DNA of 64,000 bases from Macrostomum lignano (GCA_002269645.1 NIVC01000581.1:62001-126000); one strand, 5' to 3'; shown: positions 22,969 to 37,400, counted from the stretch's first letter. A program made the numbers and translations. The notes: generated from the sequence alone by a model not told the origin.

Positions 22969-25686
22969 CGCAGCCAGACTGCAGTTCAGCTCTTCCCGGG
23001 AGCTGCACCTGCAATTGCTTTTTTATTGCTAGTGCAAATTCAATCGCTGTTAGAAATATCTGGCTTTACCTGCAGTGCGCTCTGCACTCATTCAGCTAGA
23101 TTCAAAACTGTTGTAACTCTTAAATAGACTGTTATTTAATTGGCTGCTCACATTCGCATTAATTATGTGCTTCGAAAAACTTCTTACCGGCTCGCTCTTG
23201 TGCATTCCTATTCCTTTCTGTCTGGGTCTCTAAGCTATTCTGAAAAATGTGTGCTAAAGTACAAGTACTCGAGATCGAGCAAATAACTAGATTTGCCTAG
23301 TGAGTACCATCATACCGTGGATTCGTGCTCTGTGCGCAAAACATACATAAAGGTGCGTTCATGATAAAATATATAGCTCGTAGAAGCTTCCACTGAGATT
23401 TTCTGCCTACATGTAAATACTCGTACGCTCGTACGTACATTTATTGAATAAAGTGCCAAATACTCTTAGAAAATTGAGCATGCTTGTATAATTCATTTAG
23501 CAGTATACGGTTTAAGTAATAATTACATCTTACATGTGCGTACATGTAGCATACATGATTGTACATCATCCGAATAGAAAAATTCAAGCTCAGCTGCTGA
23601 ACCTGCTGCAAGGACAACTTGAGTAGAAGGTATTGAGTAAATCTATATGGTAAGATTTGTTTGGAAGACAACTTTTCGCCGAAAAATACACTACAGGATA
23701 AAAGGTTTGAATTTCTTTAGCACAAAAATTGTTATTGCTTTTGATAGGAGGCAGATCCTGTGTTCATGTTTTGAATATGTTGCGCCTTTCTTATTCCTCT
23801 ATCGATATATAGCTTTTCGTTCAGAACTAGTTTTAAAGGCAGGTTTCACCGGAAAAATACCCGACGGAGATAGGAAATTTCACGATTTTCAACACTAAAA
23901 CAGTGATTGGGTCTCTTTACAGTGTCAGAGAAAGTCAAAATCACACTATTTTGTGCCTCACATGCTGCTCTAACGACGCATTAATCAATTTTTCATGTTA
24001 AATTGGTCTTGTCATTATTTTAAACGTTTTTTCAAGTGAAATAATTATCTATGGGCCTTTAAATAACTAAGGAAATTGACGCCCAAAATGGCATGCACAT
24101 TATCTGTTACTGCTTTACCTACTGCACATGTGACCTGGGATTTCGAACGAAAAAAAAAATAAGTCGACCGGCGATGCGTTCTTTGTTTATTTCAAATTTC
24201 AACTCAGAAAAAGAGAAATAGAGATTATAAAATTATTTTATAAAGTCTTAGGAGCCCTAATGGTTCCGAGTATTTACTTTTTACGGTTTGCAAATTCTGC
24301 AAAGGCAGACAAATATTAATAGTCTTAATAGACGTCTTTAAAGTCTTAATAGTTTAATAGAAAGTTGAATAGGACTAACCAATAGAAACTAATCAGTCTT
24401 CTCCGGATTGTAACTTTTAAACAAAATTGAAAATTTCGCACTAGGGAATATTTTAGATCGACTCTGAGTAAAGGCATATCTGCGCATTTTTTATAGAATA
24501 TTTCGAGAAATAGTTTTTTTATTTTTTTACAACAAGGATGTGAGGGAAGCTTCATTGCATTTGACTTCGTTTAACGTTACAATATTGAAACAATGCGTTG
24601 CGAGAAATACGAAATTCTTTAGCCAATCTGGGACAACTTTAACGCTGCTAAAACGTCTATATGTTGCTCTTTTTAGTTTATTACAAGTGTTTTACGTAAT
24701 ACAAAAATTATCAACAACTCAAGCTCATTACAATTTACAACATGACAGAAATCTAATCAACTTTGACACTCAGTCACCCATAAGATTATGTATTAGTCTA
24801 CAAATCGCTAAAACGTAAATTTAAATAAATATTTTGAGTCAGAATTTTAGTAAAAAAATACCAATGTATTATGAATGGTCTCATGGCAAATAATTTTTAA
24901 ATACATTTCCCATGAGTGCATGAGTCCTACCTATGCTATGCAGTGTGGGTGTCTACATGTGTGTGTATGTGTGTACTTGTGTGTGTGTTTGATGCTATTA
25001 TAATAAATTACTACTACAACTAAAATTCTATATAGTGTCCCTAAATGTATGTGAAATTATTTTCCTTGTTCTTGTCTTTCTTATGTTGCAAAAATACAAC
25101 TTTCTTATGGTCTAAGTAGCTATGAGTTGAATGAATTTAATATGAATTGAAAGCTATATATGAATTCAATAAATAGCTATAATTATTGAAACTTGCGTTT
25201 ATAAAAAAATATTGGTTTTTCTATTTTCACACGTCACAAAGAAGCTCTTAAAGAAACAAAAGCAAAATTATTATTGCTTCTTTAACTTTTTGAGATGTTG
25301 ACTTAAATTTCATAATTTATTTTAAATATATGTATTTTGAATGAGACATCAGGCAATGTAGTATAGAATGCACCTTAGTTTTCTTGAAATCTTTTTATGA
25401 TGGTCTAAACAATAGCATATTAAAAATCTATTGACTATATATGAGTCAATATTTAAACAGCTTTAGATAGTTTTATTTTACTCAGTTTTTCTTAAAAAGT
25501 TTTTCAAGGTCTTTGTAAATTGAAAATATTTTAGTTTTTTAATATTTAATTTGTTTATAAGTTTAGATTTAATCAACTTCCGCTGGTTCTGCAGACTCAG
25601 CATGCCTCCCAGCTGACTGAACTGTCAGAACTGCACTGTTGGCAGCAATCAGCAGCTACGCGCCCGCACCTACTCACTTTAAACTA

Positions 25687-28600
25687 ATGATCTCCAACGG
25701 GCTCAGTCCGCTGCGAGTCATCTGCGAGCTCGATGGGCGCAGCTCCACCCTTGGCCAGTTCCCACAGCCTCTCAGCCTCTCCCAGCTCAGCGCCTCTCTG
25801 CGCAGCGTCTACGGCCGCCAGCTTAAAGTGCAGTTCACCATGCCGTGCGGCTCCGTGCAGCCAATCAGAAGCCAGCAGGACCTCAACACCATTGTGACCA
25901 TCGCCGCTGACCACTACGAGCAGGAGGCCGGCACCCTTCGTCTGCGACTCCAACCGGAAAGCCCGGACGCCACCACAAGTGAGTAGCCTGAAGTGTCGAA
26001 TTGTTTTGTGTGGTTCTAGATAGAGTGAATGTTCCGAAGGACTTGCAAGCATTGGAGCCTCAGTCTTCACGCCCGTGTGTTGAATATTTTTCGCACCGCC
26101 GCAGGTCCCGAGTCGCAGCCGCCCGCCCCGCCCAGCTTCCTGTTGCCCGAATTCCCATCTCGGTTCAGCGCCGCGAGCGCTCAACCTCGGAGCGGCGCAA
26201 CAGCCGCAGCTCCAGGCTGTCCGACGCGGGGGTCAGCGAAGATGGCGCCGTGCAGAAGGAGCAGCTGGCGCCGTTCGTTCCAGCCAGGCACCCCAGCGGC
26301 CAGGGACTCGACTCGGTTGCGGACAACTCGGACAGTGAGTCGCGAGGAGTTTCTCCTACCTGTAGCTTCTATAAGTAAAACCCCATGTGCGTTACAGCTG
26401 GCCAGTATGCCGGGGGGGCTTTCGAGTCTGGCCCAGCGATCGACAGCTGGGGAACAGTTGGAGAAGGGACAAGTGCGCTCCCCTAGAAATGGGACCAAAC
26501 TTGATCTCTGTTTAAAGCTGAGCAGCAGCTGAGGGAATCACAACTGACATGAGTTCGCAAAACAAAACGCAAGTCTGTTTTGTGCTTAGAAAAATTAAAG
26601 GCGAGCTTTGAAAATTGGGACTGCAAAGTTTTACTTCCAGAATGGGTTTAAAGATACTGACGTCTATTTATAGAACTGACTATTCCGAGCAGAATAAAGC
26701 AACCATTAAAATCTGTTCAATCCAGAAGGAATCGGCCTTCCATGTCCTTCCATGTCTCAGTGATCCCGGATCACCCACAGCCAGCTAGCGGGCAAGTTGC
26801 CCTTCCCGAGCACGTGCACGGATAGATAGAGGAATATCGATCGCAGGCAGAGCTCTCACATCTGTGCACCAAGGACTACTTAAGTAGAATGACATGAAAC
26901 TTGGTTTCCTGCAAAATTTTGGATGCAGGTTTTACCATGCAAAAGAGTAAATTACGGAGAATGGGGCTTTTCATATTTTCAGCACAAAAATTGCTGTTGC
27001 TATTGATGGGAGGCAAACCCAATGTTCATCTTTTGATATGGTTTGACTTTCTTTATAGCTCTATTGGTATTCGTGAAGCTTTTTTGTTTTGAAAGCCAGG
27101 ATTTTATGTATATTTTGCACCCTATGTACAATCGCACATGTCCTGTGCCTAAAAATCATAAAAATGGCAAAAAAATGCACTAAGTGGTTTTATGAATCTA
27201 TTTTAGTATCCTTTGTCTATTGACTGTGCAACAAAAAGCTTTACGAATATCAATAAATCTGTAACAAAGGCAAGTCATATCAAAAGATAAGCACTGGGTC
27301 TGCCTCCTATCAAAAGCAATAACAATTTTTATGTTGAAAAAATGAAAACCTCTTATCTCCGAATGTACTTTTCGGTAAAACCTGCCTCCTAAAAATTTCC
27401 AACAAAAGTAGTTTCGCGTCCTCCTACTCGAGTAGTTCCTGCTGTACACCTGCAAGCCAAGATCCGTACGAGCTGCAAGAACCCCGGATTAAAATTTGGC
27501 CACGCTCCGCGGGTCCGGAATCGAACCCCGGCAGCTTTCGTGACAGCAGCCGACAGAACCTCGTTTCCTTCCAGTTGGCCAAATCGCTCTGAACTTCGAG
27601 AAGTGCACCTTCCTTGGCCAGGGCTCCTTTGGCAAGGTGTACAAGTGCGAGGATTTCAACACTGGTCGCATCTACGCCGTGAAGGTGGTGGAGCTGAACT
27701 CGCACAGCCTGGAGTCGCAGGCCGTTCGCTCCCTGGAGCAGGAGATCCGCCTGCTGCGCGCCATCGAGCACCGGCGCATCGTGAAGTACTTCGACTGCCG
27801 GCGGGAGCCCAACCGGCTCTGTATTTCATGGAATTCATGCCGGAGAACAGCCTGCGGCACTACATCCGCGCCCGCGGACCGCTGAACGAGAAGGCGGCCA
27901 TGCGGTTCACCCGGATGGTCATGGAAGGCCTTCACTTCCTGCACAGCAGGGACATCATCCACAGAGATGTCAAGGGTGAGCTGCTGGCGTGTGGGATGGG
28001 ATCACCGCGATGTCATGGGTGGGAGGTGGGTCGGAATGTGCTTTCTGGGGTATGGAATCGCCTTGAGGTCATGAAGAGCGGCTGGTGGGGGTGTGGGATC
28101 ACCTCAAGGTCATTGGGAGCGTCTGGCGGGGGTGTGGGATCACATCAAGGTCATTGGGAGCGTCTGGCGGGGTGTGGGATCACATCAAAGTCATTGGTAG
28201 CGGCTGGCGGGGGTCTGGGATCACCACAAGGTGGGGGGTGTGGAATCACCTTGAGGTCATTGGGAGCGGCTGGTAGGGGTGCGGGATCACATCAAGGTCA
28301 TTGGTAGCGGCTGGTGGGGTGTGTAATCACTGAGCCAGAATGGGGCTGCCAATATCAACCCGATGGATTCCCGCAGCCGCGAACATCCTGAAGGACTCGC
28401 ACGGCAAGGTGAAGCTGTCGGACTTCGGCGCGGCCAAGCGCATCCAGGAGATCGGCACCAGCCACTCGGTCACCGGCACCGTTTTCTACATGTCGCCAGA
28501 GATGATCGGTGGCGAGGCCCACATCGACTTTAAGACCGACATCTGGTCGCTGGGTGCCACCGTGGTGGAGTTCCTGACGGGGCAGCCGCCGTACCACCAC

Positions 28601-28798
28601 TGCGACAACCCAGCCGCGGTGGTGCTGTGCATCATGAACCACCCGGAGCACTTCCGCATGCCTGCGGAGGCCAGCGATGTCGCCCGCGACTTCATCCGGA
28701 CCTGCTTCGCGCGGCCCGCCTCCCTCAGGCCGGGCGCGGAGGAGCTGCTGCGAAACCACCCGTTCCTGCCGCCTCTCGACGACTCGCCGCCCTTCTGA
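25687..28798 (+). CDS. MAP3K3: MEKK2/3-like MAP3K paralog A (PB1 + kinase). Exons ~25687-25978, ~26119-26334 (acceptor uncertain), 27575-27975, 28377-28798; apparent -1 frameshift at ~27824-27826
   Basis: PB1-like LRVICELDG...FPQPL...SQQDL. Kinase motifs LGQGSFGKVY, AVK, LEQEI, HRDVK|AANIL, DFG, GTVFYMSPE, DIWSLG. The frames join only if one T is added in tgtatttcatgg (CIFMEF). Start codon and exon 2 acceptor are less certain. Confidence 0.85.
26914..27398. mobile_element. ~485 bp fold-back element with ~170 bp inverted arms inside MAP3K-A intron 2; related partial copies at ~23670-23900
   Basis: Left arm cacaaaaattgctgttgctattgatgggaggcaaaccc matches the reverse complement of the right arm (cataaaaattgttattgcttttgataggaggcagaccc) and the sequence at 23720-23760. 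Confidence 0.65.
28090..28330. repeat. Intronic minisatellite, ~40 bp unit, in MAP3K-A intron 3
   Basis: Repeated gtgtgggatcacatcaaggtcattgggagcg. Confidence 0.85.
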
Positions 28799-29062
28799 CC
28801 GCTGCTGGCTCGGCGCATTTGCGAAATCGAGGCTCAATGACTGGGAATTAGAGACAGGTGTTAAACAGACAAATGCTTATGGAAGTGCACCAGCTGGGAA
28901 AGTTGTGTGTGAATGCATATTTGTGCTGCATAGCGTATTATAGTACATGTATGAGACTGCAGCTCATGAGGACTGTACCATGTATACTGACTGTACATTT
29001 TCGTCTTCCCCAGCCTCATGTCAATCGTTCTTCCCAGACTTTGTGCGTTGCGTTTGTAAACT

Positions 29063-29270
29063 GGCACACCTGCAGCTCAGGCACACCTGCAGCTCAGGCA
29101 CACCTGCAGCTCAGGCACACCTGCAGCTCAGGCACACCTGCAGCTCAGGCACACCTGCAGCTCAGGCACACCTGCAGCTCAGGCACACCTGCAGCTCAGG
29201 CACACCTGCAGCTCAGCTCAGCACACCTGCAGCTCAGCTCAGGCACACCTGCAGCTCAGACACAGCTCAG
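29063..29270. repeat. Minisatellite, 17 bp unit (ggcacacctgcagctca)
   Basis: Direct tandem repetition. Confidence 0.95.
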
Positions 29271-29844
29271 AACAAAATCTGTTTATTTCGCTTATTCCAC
29301 AGCCAAGTTTAACTTGCCGCCTGAGCAGCTCGCTGTCAACTCACTGCTGACCACGCCGCACCACTGCCAACTGCTTTTGCATTTCTGTTGCTTGTTCCAT
29401 CTTTCGAGTTTTGAATTCGGAAAAAAATATCATGTTCAAAAATATTGTTTCGAGAGTTCTTCCATTTCTTTCAAGTGTCGAGATAAGTTGTGTTTTTAGA
29501 ATTTCATAAAATAAACCGCGGCGCAGATCATGCCGGAGCGAATTCGCCTCATTTGCTACGCGCACCTGTGTAAGTTTTTACAACCGCGTGCATTGCCTTG
29601 AATTTTTTTCAATTCAAATTTTGCCTCCCTAAGCTCTCTGCCAGATTTCGATTGTTTCAATTCTGGGCAGTGTGCGGTTGATCAGAAACTTTATGTGCTT
29701 GCAGTGCCAGTAATCAAATTTACGCTGGTAAACTCGATAGAACGAGCGCAAGTGCCTTACCTAACCTGTGAAATACATTTGTATTCCACCTTTGTTCAAA
29801 TCCACTTCCGCAAGACTTCAAGTCTTTGCACTTTCTTAGCTTCA

Positions 29845-32800
29845 CAGTCTTTGTTCACTCCTGTAGCTAGTGTACAGTCAGTCTTTGTTCACTCCTGTAG
29901 CTACTGTACAGTCAGTCTTTGTTCACTCCTGTAGCTACTGTACAGTCAGTCTGTTCACTCCTGTAGCTACTGTACAGTCAGTCTGTTCACTCCTGTAGCT
30001 ACTGTACAGTCAGTCTGTTCACTCCTGTAGCTACTGTACAGTCAGTATGTTCACTCCTAGCTACTGTACAGTCAGTCTGTTCACTCCTGTAGCTACTGTA
30101 CAGTCAGTCTGTTCACTCCTGTAGCTACTGTACAGTCAGTCTGTTCACTCCTGTAGCTACTGTACAGTCAGTCTGTTCACTCCTGTAGCTACTGTACAGT
30201 CAGTCTGTTCACTCCTGTAGCTACTGTACAGTCAGTCTGTTCACTCCTGTAGCTACTGTACAGTCAGTCTGTTCACTCTGTAGCTACTGTACAGTCAGTC
30301 TGTTCACTCCTGTAGCTAGTGTACAGTCAGTCTGTTCACTCCTGTAGCTAGTGTACAGTCAGTCTGTTCACTCCTGTAGCTACTGTACAGTCAGTCTGTT
30401 CACTCCTGTAGCTACTGTACAGTCAGTCTGTTCACTCCTGTAGCTACTGTACAGTCAGTCTGTTCACTCCTGTAGCTACTGTACAGTCAGTCTGTTCACT
30501 CCTGTAGCTACTGTACAGTCAGTCTGTTCACTCCTGTAGCTACTGTACAGTCAGTCTGTTCACTCCTGTAGCTACTGTACAGTCAGTCTGTTCACTCCTG
30601 TAGCTACTGTACAGTCAGTCTGTTCACTCCTGTAGCTACTGTACAGTCAGTCTGTTCACTCCTGTAGCTACTGTACAGTCAGTCTGTTCACTCCTGTAGC
30701 TACTGTACAGTCAGTCTGTTCACTCCTGTAGCTACTGTACAGTCAGTCTGTTCACTCCTGTAGCTACTGTACAGTCAGTCTGTTCACTCCTGTAGCTACT
30801 GTACAGTCAGTCTGTTCACTCCTGTAGCTACTGTACAGTCAGTCTGTTCACTCCTGTAGCTACTGTACAGTCAGTCTGTTCACTCCTGTAGCTACTGTAC
30901 AGTCAGTCTGTTCACTCCTGTAGCTACTGTACAGTCAGTCTGTTCACTTCTGTAGCTAGTGTACATTCAGTATTTGTTCACTCCTGTAGCTACTGTACAG
31001 TCAGTATTTGTTCACTCCTGTAGCTACTGTACAGTCAGTCTGTTCACTCCTGTAGCTACTGTACAGTCAGTCTGTTCACTCCTGTAGCTACTGTACAGTC
31101 AGTCTGTTCACTCCTGTAGCTACTGTACAGTCAGTCTGTTCACTCCTGTAGCTACTGTACAGTCAGTCTGTTCACTCCTGTAGCTACTGTACAGTCAGTC
31201 TGTTCACTCCTGTAGCTACTGTACAGTCAGTCTGTTCACTCCTGTAGCTACTGTACAGTCAGTCTGTTCACTCCTGTAGCTACTGTACAGTCAGTCTGTT
31301 CACTCCTGTAGCTACTGTACAGTCAGTATTTGTTCACTCCTGTAGCTACTGTACAGTCAGTCTGTTCACTCCTGTAGCTACTGTACAGTCAGTCTGTTCA
31401 CTCCTGTAGCTACTGTACAGTCAGTCTGTTCACTCCTGTAGCTACTGTACAGTCAGTCTGTTCACTCCTGTAGCTACTGTACAGTCAGTCTGTTCACTCC
31501 TGTAGCTACTGTACAGTCAGTCTGTTCACTTCTGTAGCTAGTGTACAGTTCAGTCTTTGTTCACTCCTGTAGCTACTGTACAGTCAGTATTTGTTCACTC
31601 CTGTAGCTACTGTACAGTCAGTCTGTTCACTCCTGTAGCTACTGTACAGTCAGTCTGTTCACTCCTGTAGCTACTGTACAGTCAGTCTGTTCACTCCTGT
31701 AGCTACTGTACAGTCAGTCTGTTCACTTCTGTAGCTAGTGTACATTCAGTCTGTTCACTCCTGTAGCTACTGTACAGTCAGTATTTGTTCACTCCTGTAG
31801 CTACTGTACAGTCAGTCTGTTCACTCCTGTAGCTACTGTACAGTCAGTCTGTTCACTCCTGTAGCTACTGTACAGTCAGTCTGTTCACTCCTGTAGCTAC
31901 TGTACAGTCAGTCTGTTCACTCCTGTAGCTACTGTACAGTCAGTCTGTTCACTCCTGTAGCTACTGTACAGTCAGTCTGTTCACTCCTGTAGCTACTGTA
32001 CAGTCAGTCTGTTCACTCCTGTAGCTACTGTACAGTCAGTCTGTTCACTCCTGTAGCTACTGTACAGTCAGTATTTGTTCACTCCTGTAGCTACTGTACA
32101 GTCAGTCTGTTCACTCCTGTAGCTACTGTACAGTCAGTCTGTTCACTCCTGTAGCTACTGTACAGTCAGTCTGTTCACTCCTGTAGCTACTGTACAGTCA
32201 GTCTGTTCACTCCTGTAGCTACTGTACAGTCAGTCTGTTCACTCCTGTAGCTACTGTACAGTCAGTCTGTTCACTCCTGTAGCTACTGTACAGTCAGTCT
32301 GTTCACTCCTGTAGCTACTGTACAGTCAGTCTGTTCACTTCTGTAGCTAGTGTACATTCAGTATTTGTTCACTCCTGTAGCTACTGTACAGTCAGTCTGT
32401 TCACTCCTGTAGCTACTGTACAGTCAGTCTGTTCACTCCTGTAGCTACTGTACAGTCAGTCTGTTCACTTCTGTAGCTAGTGTACATTCAGTATTTGTTC
32501 ACTCCTGTAGCTACTGTACAGTCAGTCTGTTCACTCCTGTAGCTACTGTACAGTCAGTCTGTTCACTCCTGTAGCTACTGTACAGTCAGTCTGTTCACTC
32601 CTGTAGCTACTGTACAGTCAGTCTGTTCACTCCTGTAGCTACTGTACAGTCAGTCTGTTCACTCCTGTAGCTACTGTACAGTCAGTCTGTTCACTCCTGT
32701 AGCTACTGTACAGTCAGTCTGTTCACTCCTGTAGCTACTGTACAGTCAGTCTGTTCACTCCTGTAGCTACTGTACAGTCAGTCTGTTCACTCCTGTAGCT

Positions 32801-35800
32801 ACTGTACAGTCAGTCTGTTCACTCCTGTAGCTACTGTACAGTCAGTCTGTTCACTCCTGTAGCTACTGTACAGTCAGTCTGTTCACTCCTGTAGCTACTG
32901 TACAGTCAGTCTGTTCACTCCTGTAGCTACTGTACAGTCAGTCTGTTCACTCCTGTAGCTACTGTACAGTCAGTCTGTTCACTCCTGTAGCTACTGTACA
33001 GTCAGTCTGTTCACTCCTGTAGCTACTGTACAGTCAGTCTGTTCACTCCTGTAGCTACTGTACAGTCAGTCTGTTCACTCCTGTAGCTACTGTACAGTCA
33101 GTCTGTTCACTCCTGTAGCTACTGTACAGTCAGTCTGTTCACTCCTGTAGCTACTGTACAGTCAGTCTGTTCACTCCTGTAGCTACTGTACAGTCAGTCT
33201 GTTCACTCCTGTAGCTACTGTACAGTCAGTCTTTGTTCACTCCTGTAGCTACTGTACAGTCAGTCTGTTCACTCCTGTAGCTACTGTACAGTCAGTCTGT
33301 TCACTCCTGTAGCTACTGTACAGTCAGTCTGTTCACTCCTGTAGCTACTGTACAGTCAGTCTGTTCACTCCTGTAGCTACTGTACAGTCAGTCTGTTCAC
33401 TCCTGTAGCTACTGTACAGTCAGTCTGTTCACTCCTGTAGCTACTGTACAGTCAGTCTGTTCACTCCTGTAGCTACTGTACAGTCAGTCTGTTCACTCCT
33501 GTAGCTACTGTACAGTCAGTCTGTTCACTCCTGTAGCTACTGTACAGTCAGTCTGTTCACTCCTGTAGCTACTGTACAGTCAGTCTGTTCACTCCTGTAG
33601 CTACTGTACAGTCAGTCTGTTCACTCCTGTAGCTACTGTACAGTCAGTCTGTTCACTCCTGTAGCTACTGTACAGTCAGTCTGTTCACTCCTGTAGCTAC
33701 TGTACAGTCAGTATGTTCACTCCTGTAGCTACTGTACAGTCAGTATTTGTTCACTCCTGTAGCTACTGTACAGTCAGTCTGTTCACTCCTGTAGCTACTG
33801 TACAGTCAGTCTGTTCACTCTGTAGCTACTGTACAGTCAGTATTTGTTCACTCCTGTAGCTACTGTACAGTCAGTCTGTTCACTCCTGTAGCTACTGTAC
33901 AGTCAGTCTGTTCACTCCTGTAGCTACTGTACAGTCAGTCTGTTCACTCCTGTAGCTACTGTACAGTCAGTCTGTTCACTCCTGTAGCTACTGTACAGTC
34001 AGTCTGTTCACTCCTGTAGCTACTGTACAGTCAGTCTGTTCACTCCTGTAGCTACTGTACAGTCAGTCTGTTCACTCCTGTAGCTACTGTACAGTCAGTC
34101 TGTTCACTCCTGTAGCTACTGTACAGTCAGTCTGTTCACTCCTGTAGCTACTGTACAGTCAGTCTGTTCACTCCTGTAGCTACTGTACAGTCAGTCTGTT
34201 CACTCCTGTAGCTACTGTACAGTCAGTCTGTTCACTCCTGTAGCTACTGTACAGTCAGTCTGTTCACTCCTGTAGCTACTGTACAGTCAGTATTTGTTCA
34301 CTCCTGTAGCTACTGTACAGTCAGTCTGTTCACTCCTGTAGCTACTGTACAGTCAGTCTGTTCACTCCTGTAGCTACTGTACAGTCAGTCTGTTCACTCC
34401 TGTAGCTACTGTACAGTCAGTCTGTTCACTCCTGTAGCTACTGTACAGTCAGTCTGTTCACTCCTGTAGCTACTGTACAGTCAGTCTTTGTTCACTCCTG
34501 TAGCTACTGTACAGTCAGTCTGTTCACTCCTGTAGCTACTGTACAGTCAGTCTGTTCACTCCTGTAGCTACTGTACAGTCAGTATTTGTTCACTCCTGTA
34601 GCTACTGTACAGTCAGTCTGTTCACTCCTGTAGCTACTGTACAGTCAGTCTGTTCACTCCTGTAGCTACTGTACAGTCAGTCTGTTCACTCCTGTAGCTA
34701 CTGTACAGTCAGTCTGTTCACTCCTGTAGCTACTGTACAGTCAGTCTGTTCACTCCTGTAGCTACTGTACAGTCAGTCTGTTCACTCCTGTAGCTACTGT
34801 ACAGTCAGTATTTGTTCACTCCTGTAGCTACTGTACAGTCAGTCTGTTCACTCCTGTAGCTACTGTACAGTCAGTATTTGTTCACTCCTGTAGCTACTGT
34901 ACAGTCAGTCTGTTCACTCCTGTAGCTACTGTACAGTCAGTCTGTTCACTCCTGTAGCTACTGTACAGTCAGTCTGTTCACTCCTGTAGCTACTGTACAG
35001 TCAGTCTGTTCACTCCTGTAGCTACTGTACAGTCAGTCTGTTCACTCCTGTAGCTACTGTACAGTCAGTCTGTTCACTCCTGTAGCTACTGTACATCAGT
35101 ATTTGTTCACTCCTGTAGCTACTGTACAGTCAGTATGTTCACTCCTGTAGCTACTGTACAGTCAGTCTGTTCACTCCTGTAGCTACTGTACAGTCAGTCT
35201 GTTCACTCCTGTAGCTACTGTACAGTCAGTCTGTTCACTCCTGTAGCTACTGTACAGTCAGTCTGTTCACTCCTGTAGCTACTGTACAGTCAGTCTGTTC
35301 ACTCTGTAGCTACTGTACAGTCAGTATTTGTTCACTCCTGTAGCTACTGTACAGTCAGTCTGTTCACTCCTGTAGCTACTGTACAGTCAGTCTGTTCACT
35401 CCTGTAGCTACTGTACAGTCAGTCTGTTCACTCCTGTAGCTACTGTACAGTCAGTCTGTTCACTCCTGTAGCTACTGTACAGTCAGTCTGTTCACTCCTG
35501 TAGCTACTGTACAGTCAGTCTGTTCACTCCTGTAGCTACTGTACAGTCAGTCTGTTCACTCCTGTAGCTACTGTACAGTCAGTCTGTTCACTCCTGTAGC
35601 TACTGTACAGTCAGTCTGTTCACTCCTGTAGCTACTGTACAGTCAGTCTGTTCACTCCTGTAGCTACTGTACAGTCAGTCTGTTCACTCCTGTAGCTACT
35701 GTACAGTCAGTCTGTTCACTCCTGTAGCTACTGTACAGTCAGTCTGTTCACTCCTGTAGCTACTGTACAGTCAGTCTGTTCACTCCTGTAGCTACTGTAC

Positions 35801-37400
35801 AGTCAGTCTGTTCACTCCTGTAGCTACTGTACAGTCAGTCTGTTCACTCCTGTAGCTACTGTACAGTCAGTCTGTTCACTCCTGTAGCTACTGTACAGTC
35901 AGTCTGTTCACTCCTGTAGCTACTGTACAGTCAGTCTGTTCACTCCTGTAGCTACTGTACAGTCAGTCTGTTCACTCCTGTAGCTACTGTACAGTCAGTC
36001 TGTTCACTCCTGTAGCTACTGTACAGTCAGTCTGTTCACTCCTGTAGCTACTGTACAGTCAGTCTGTTCACTCCTGTAGCTACTGTACAGTCAGTCTGTT
36101 CACTCCTGTAGCTACTGTACAGTCAGTATTTGTTCACTCCTGTAGCTACTGTACAGTCAGTCTGTTCACTCCTGTAGCTACTGTACAGTCAGTCTGTTCA
36201 CTCCTGTAGCTACTGTACAGTCAGTCTGTTCACTCCTGTAGCTACTGTACAGTCAGTCTGTTCACTCCTGTAGCTACTGTACAGTCAGTCTGTTCACTCC
36301 TGTAGCTACTGTACAGTCAGTCTGTTCACTCCTGTAGCTACTGTACAGTCAGTCTGTTCACTCCTGTAGCTACTGTACAGTCAGTCTGTTCACTCCTGTA
36401 GCTACTGTACAGTCAGTCTGTTCACTCCTGTAGCTACTGTACAGTCAGTCTGTTCACTCCTGTAGCTACTGTACAGTCAGTCTGTTCACTCCTGTAGCTA
36501 CTGTACAGTCAGTCTGTTCACTCCTGTAGCTACTGTACAGTCAGTCTGTTCACTCCTGTAGCTACTGTACAGTCAGTCTGTTCACTCCTGTAGCTACTGT
36601 ACAGTCAGTCTGTTCACTCCTGTAGCTACTGTACAGTCAGTCTGTTCACTCCTGTAGCTACTGTACAGTCAGTCTGTTCACTCCTGTAGCTACTGTACAG
36701 TCAGTCTGTTCACTCCTGTAGCTACTGTACAGTCAGTCTGTTCACTCCTGTAGCTACTGTACAGTCAGTCTGTTCACTCCTGTAGCTACTGTACAGTCAG
36801 TATTTGTTCACTCCTGTAGCTACTGTACAGTCAGTCTGTTCACTCCTGTAGCTACTGTACAGTCAGTCTGTTCACTCCTGTAGCTACTGTACAGTCAGTC
36901 TGTTCACTCCTGTAGCTACTGTACAGTCAGTCTGTTCACTCCTGTAGCTACTGTACAGTCAGTCTGTTCACTCCTGTAGCTACTGTACAGTCAGTCTGTT
37001 CACTCCTGTAGCTACTGTACAGTCAGTCTGTTCACTCCTGTAGCTACTGTACAGTCAGTCTGTTCACTCTGTAGCTACTGTACAGTCAGTCTGTTCACTC
37101 CTGTAGCTACTGTACAGTCAGTATTTGTTCACTCCTGTAGCAACTGTACAGTCAGTCTTTTTCACTCCTGTAGCTACTGTACAGTCAGTCTTTGTTCACT
37201 CCTTAGCTACTGTACAGTCAGTCTTTGTTCACTCCTGTAGCAACTGTACAGTCAGTCTTTGTTCACTCTGTAGCACTGTACAGTCAGTTTTGTTCACTTC
37301 TGTAGCACTAGTGTACAGTCAGTCTTTGTTCACTCCTGCAACTACTGTACAGTCAGTCTTTGTTCACTGTAAGTTACTGTACAGTCTTTGTTTACTCATT
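29845..37400. repeat. Large satellite array, 32 bp unit (cagtcagtctgttcactcctgtagctactgta), ~7.5 kb, roughly 230 copies
   Basis: Highly homogeneous core with degenerate edges; copy number estimated as length divided by 32. Confidence 0.98.

Noticed and set aside
29845-37400. CRISPR-like array (32-bp repeats with dyad symmetry)
   Set aside because: Units are contiguous with no unique spacers, there are no cas genes, and the context is eukaryotic
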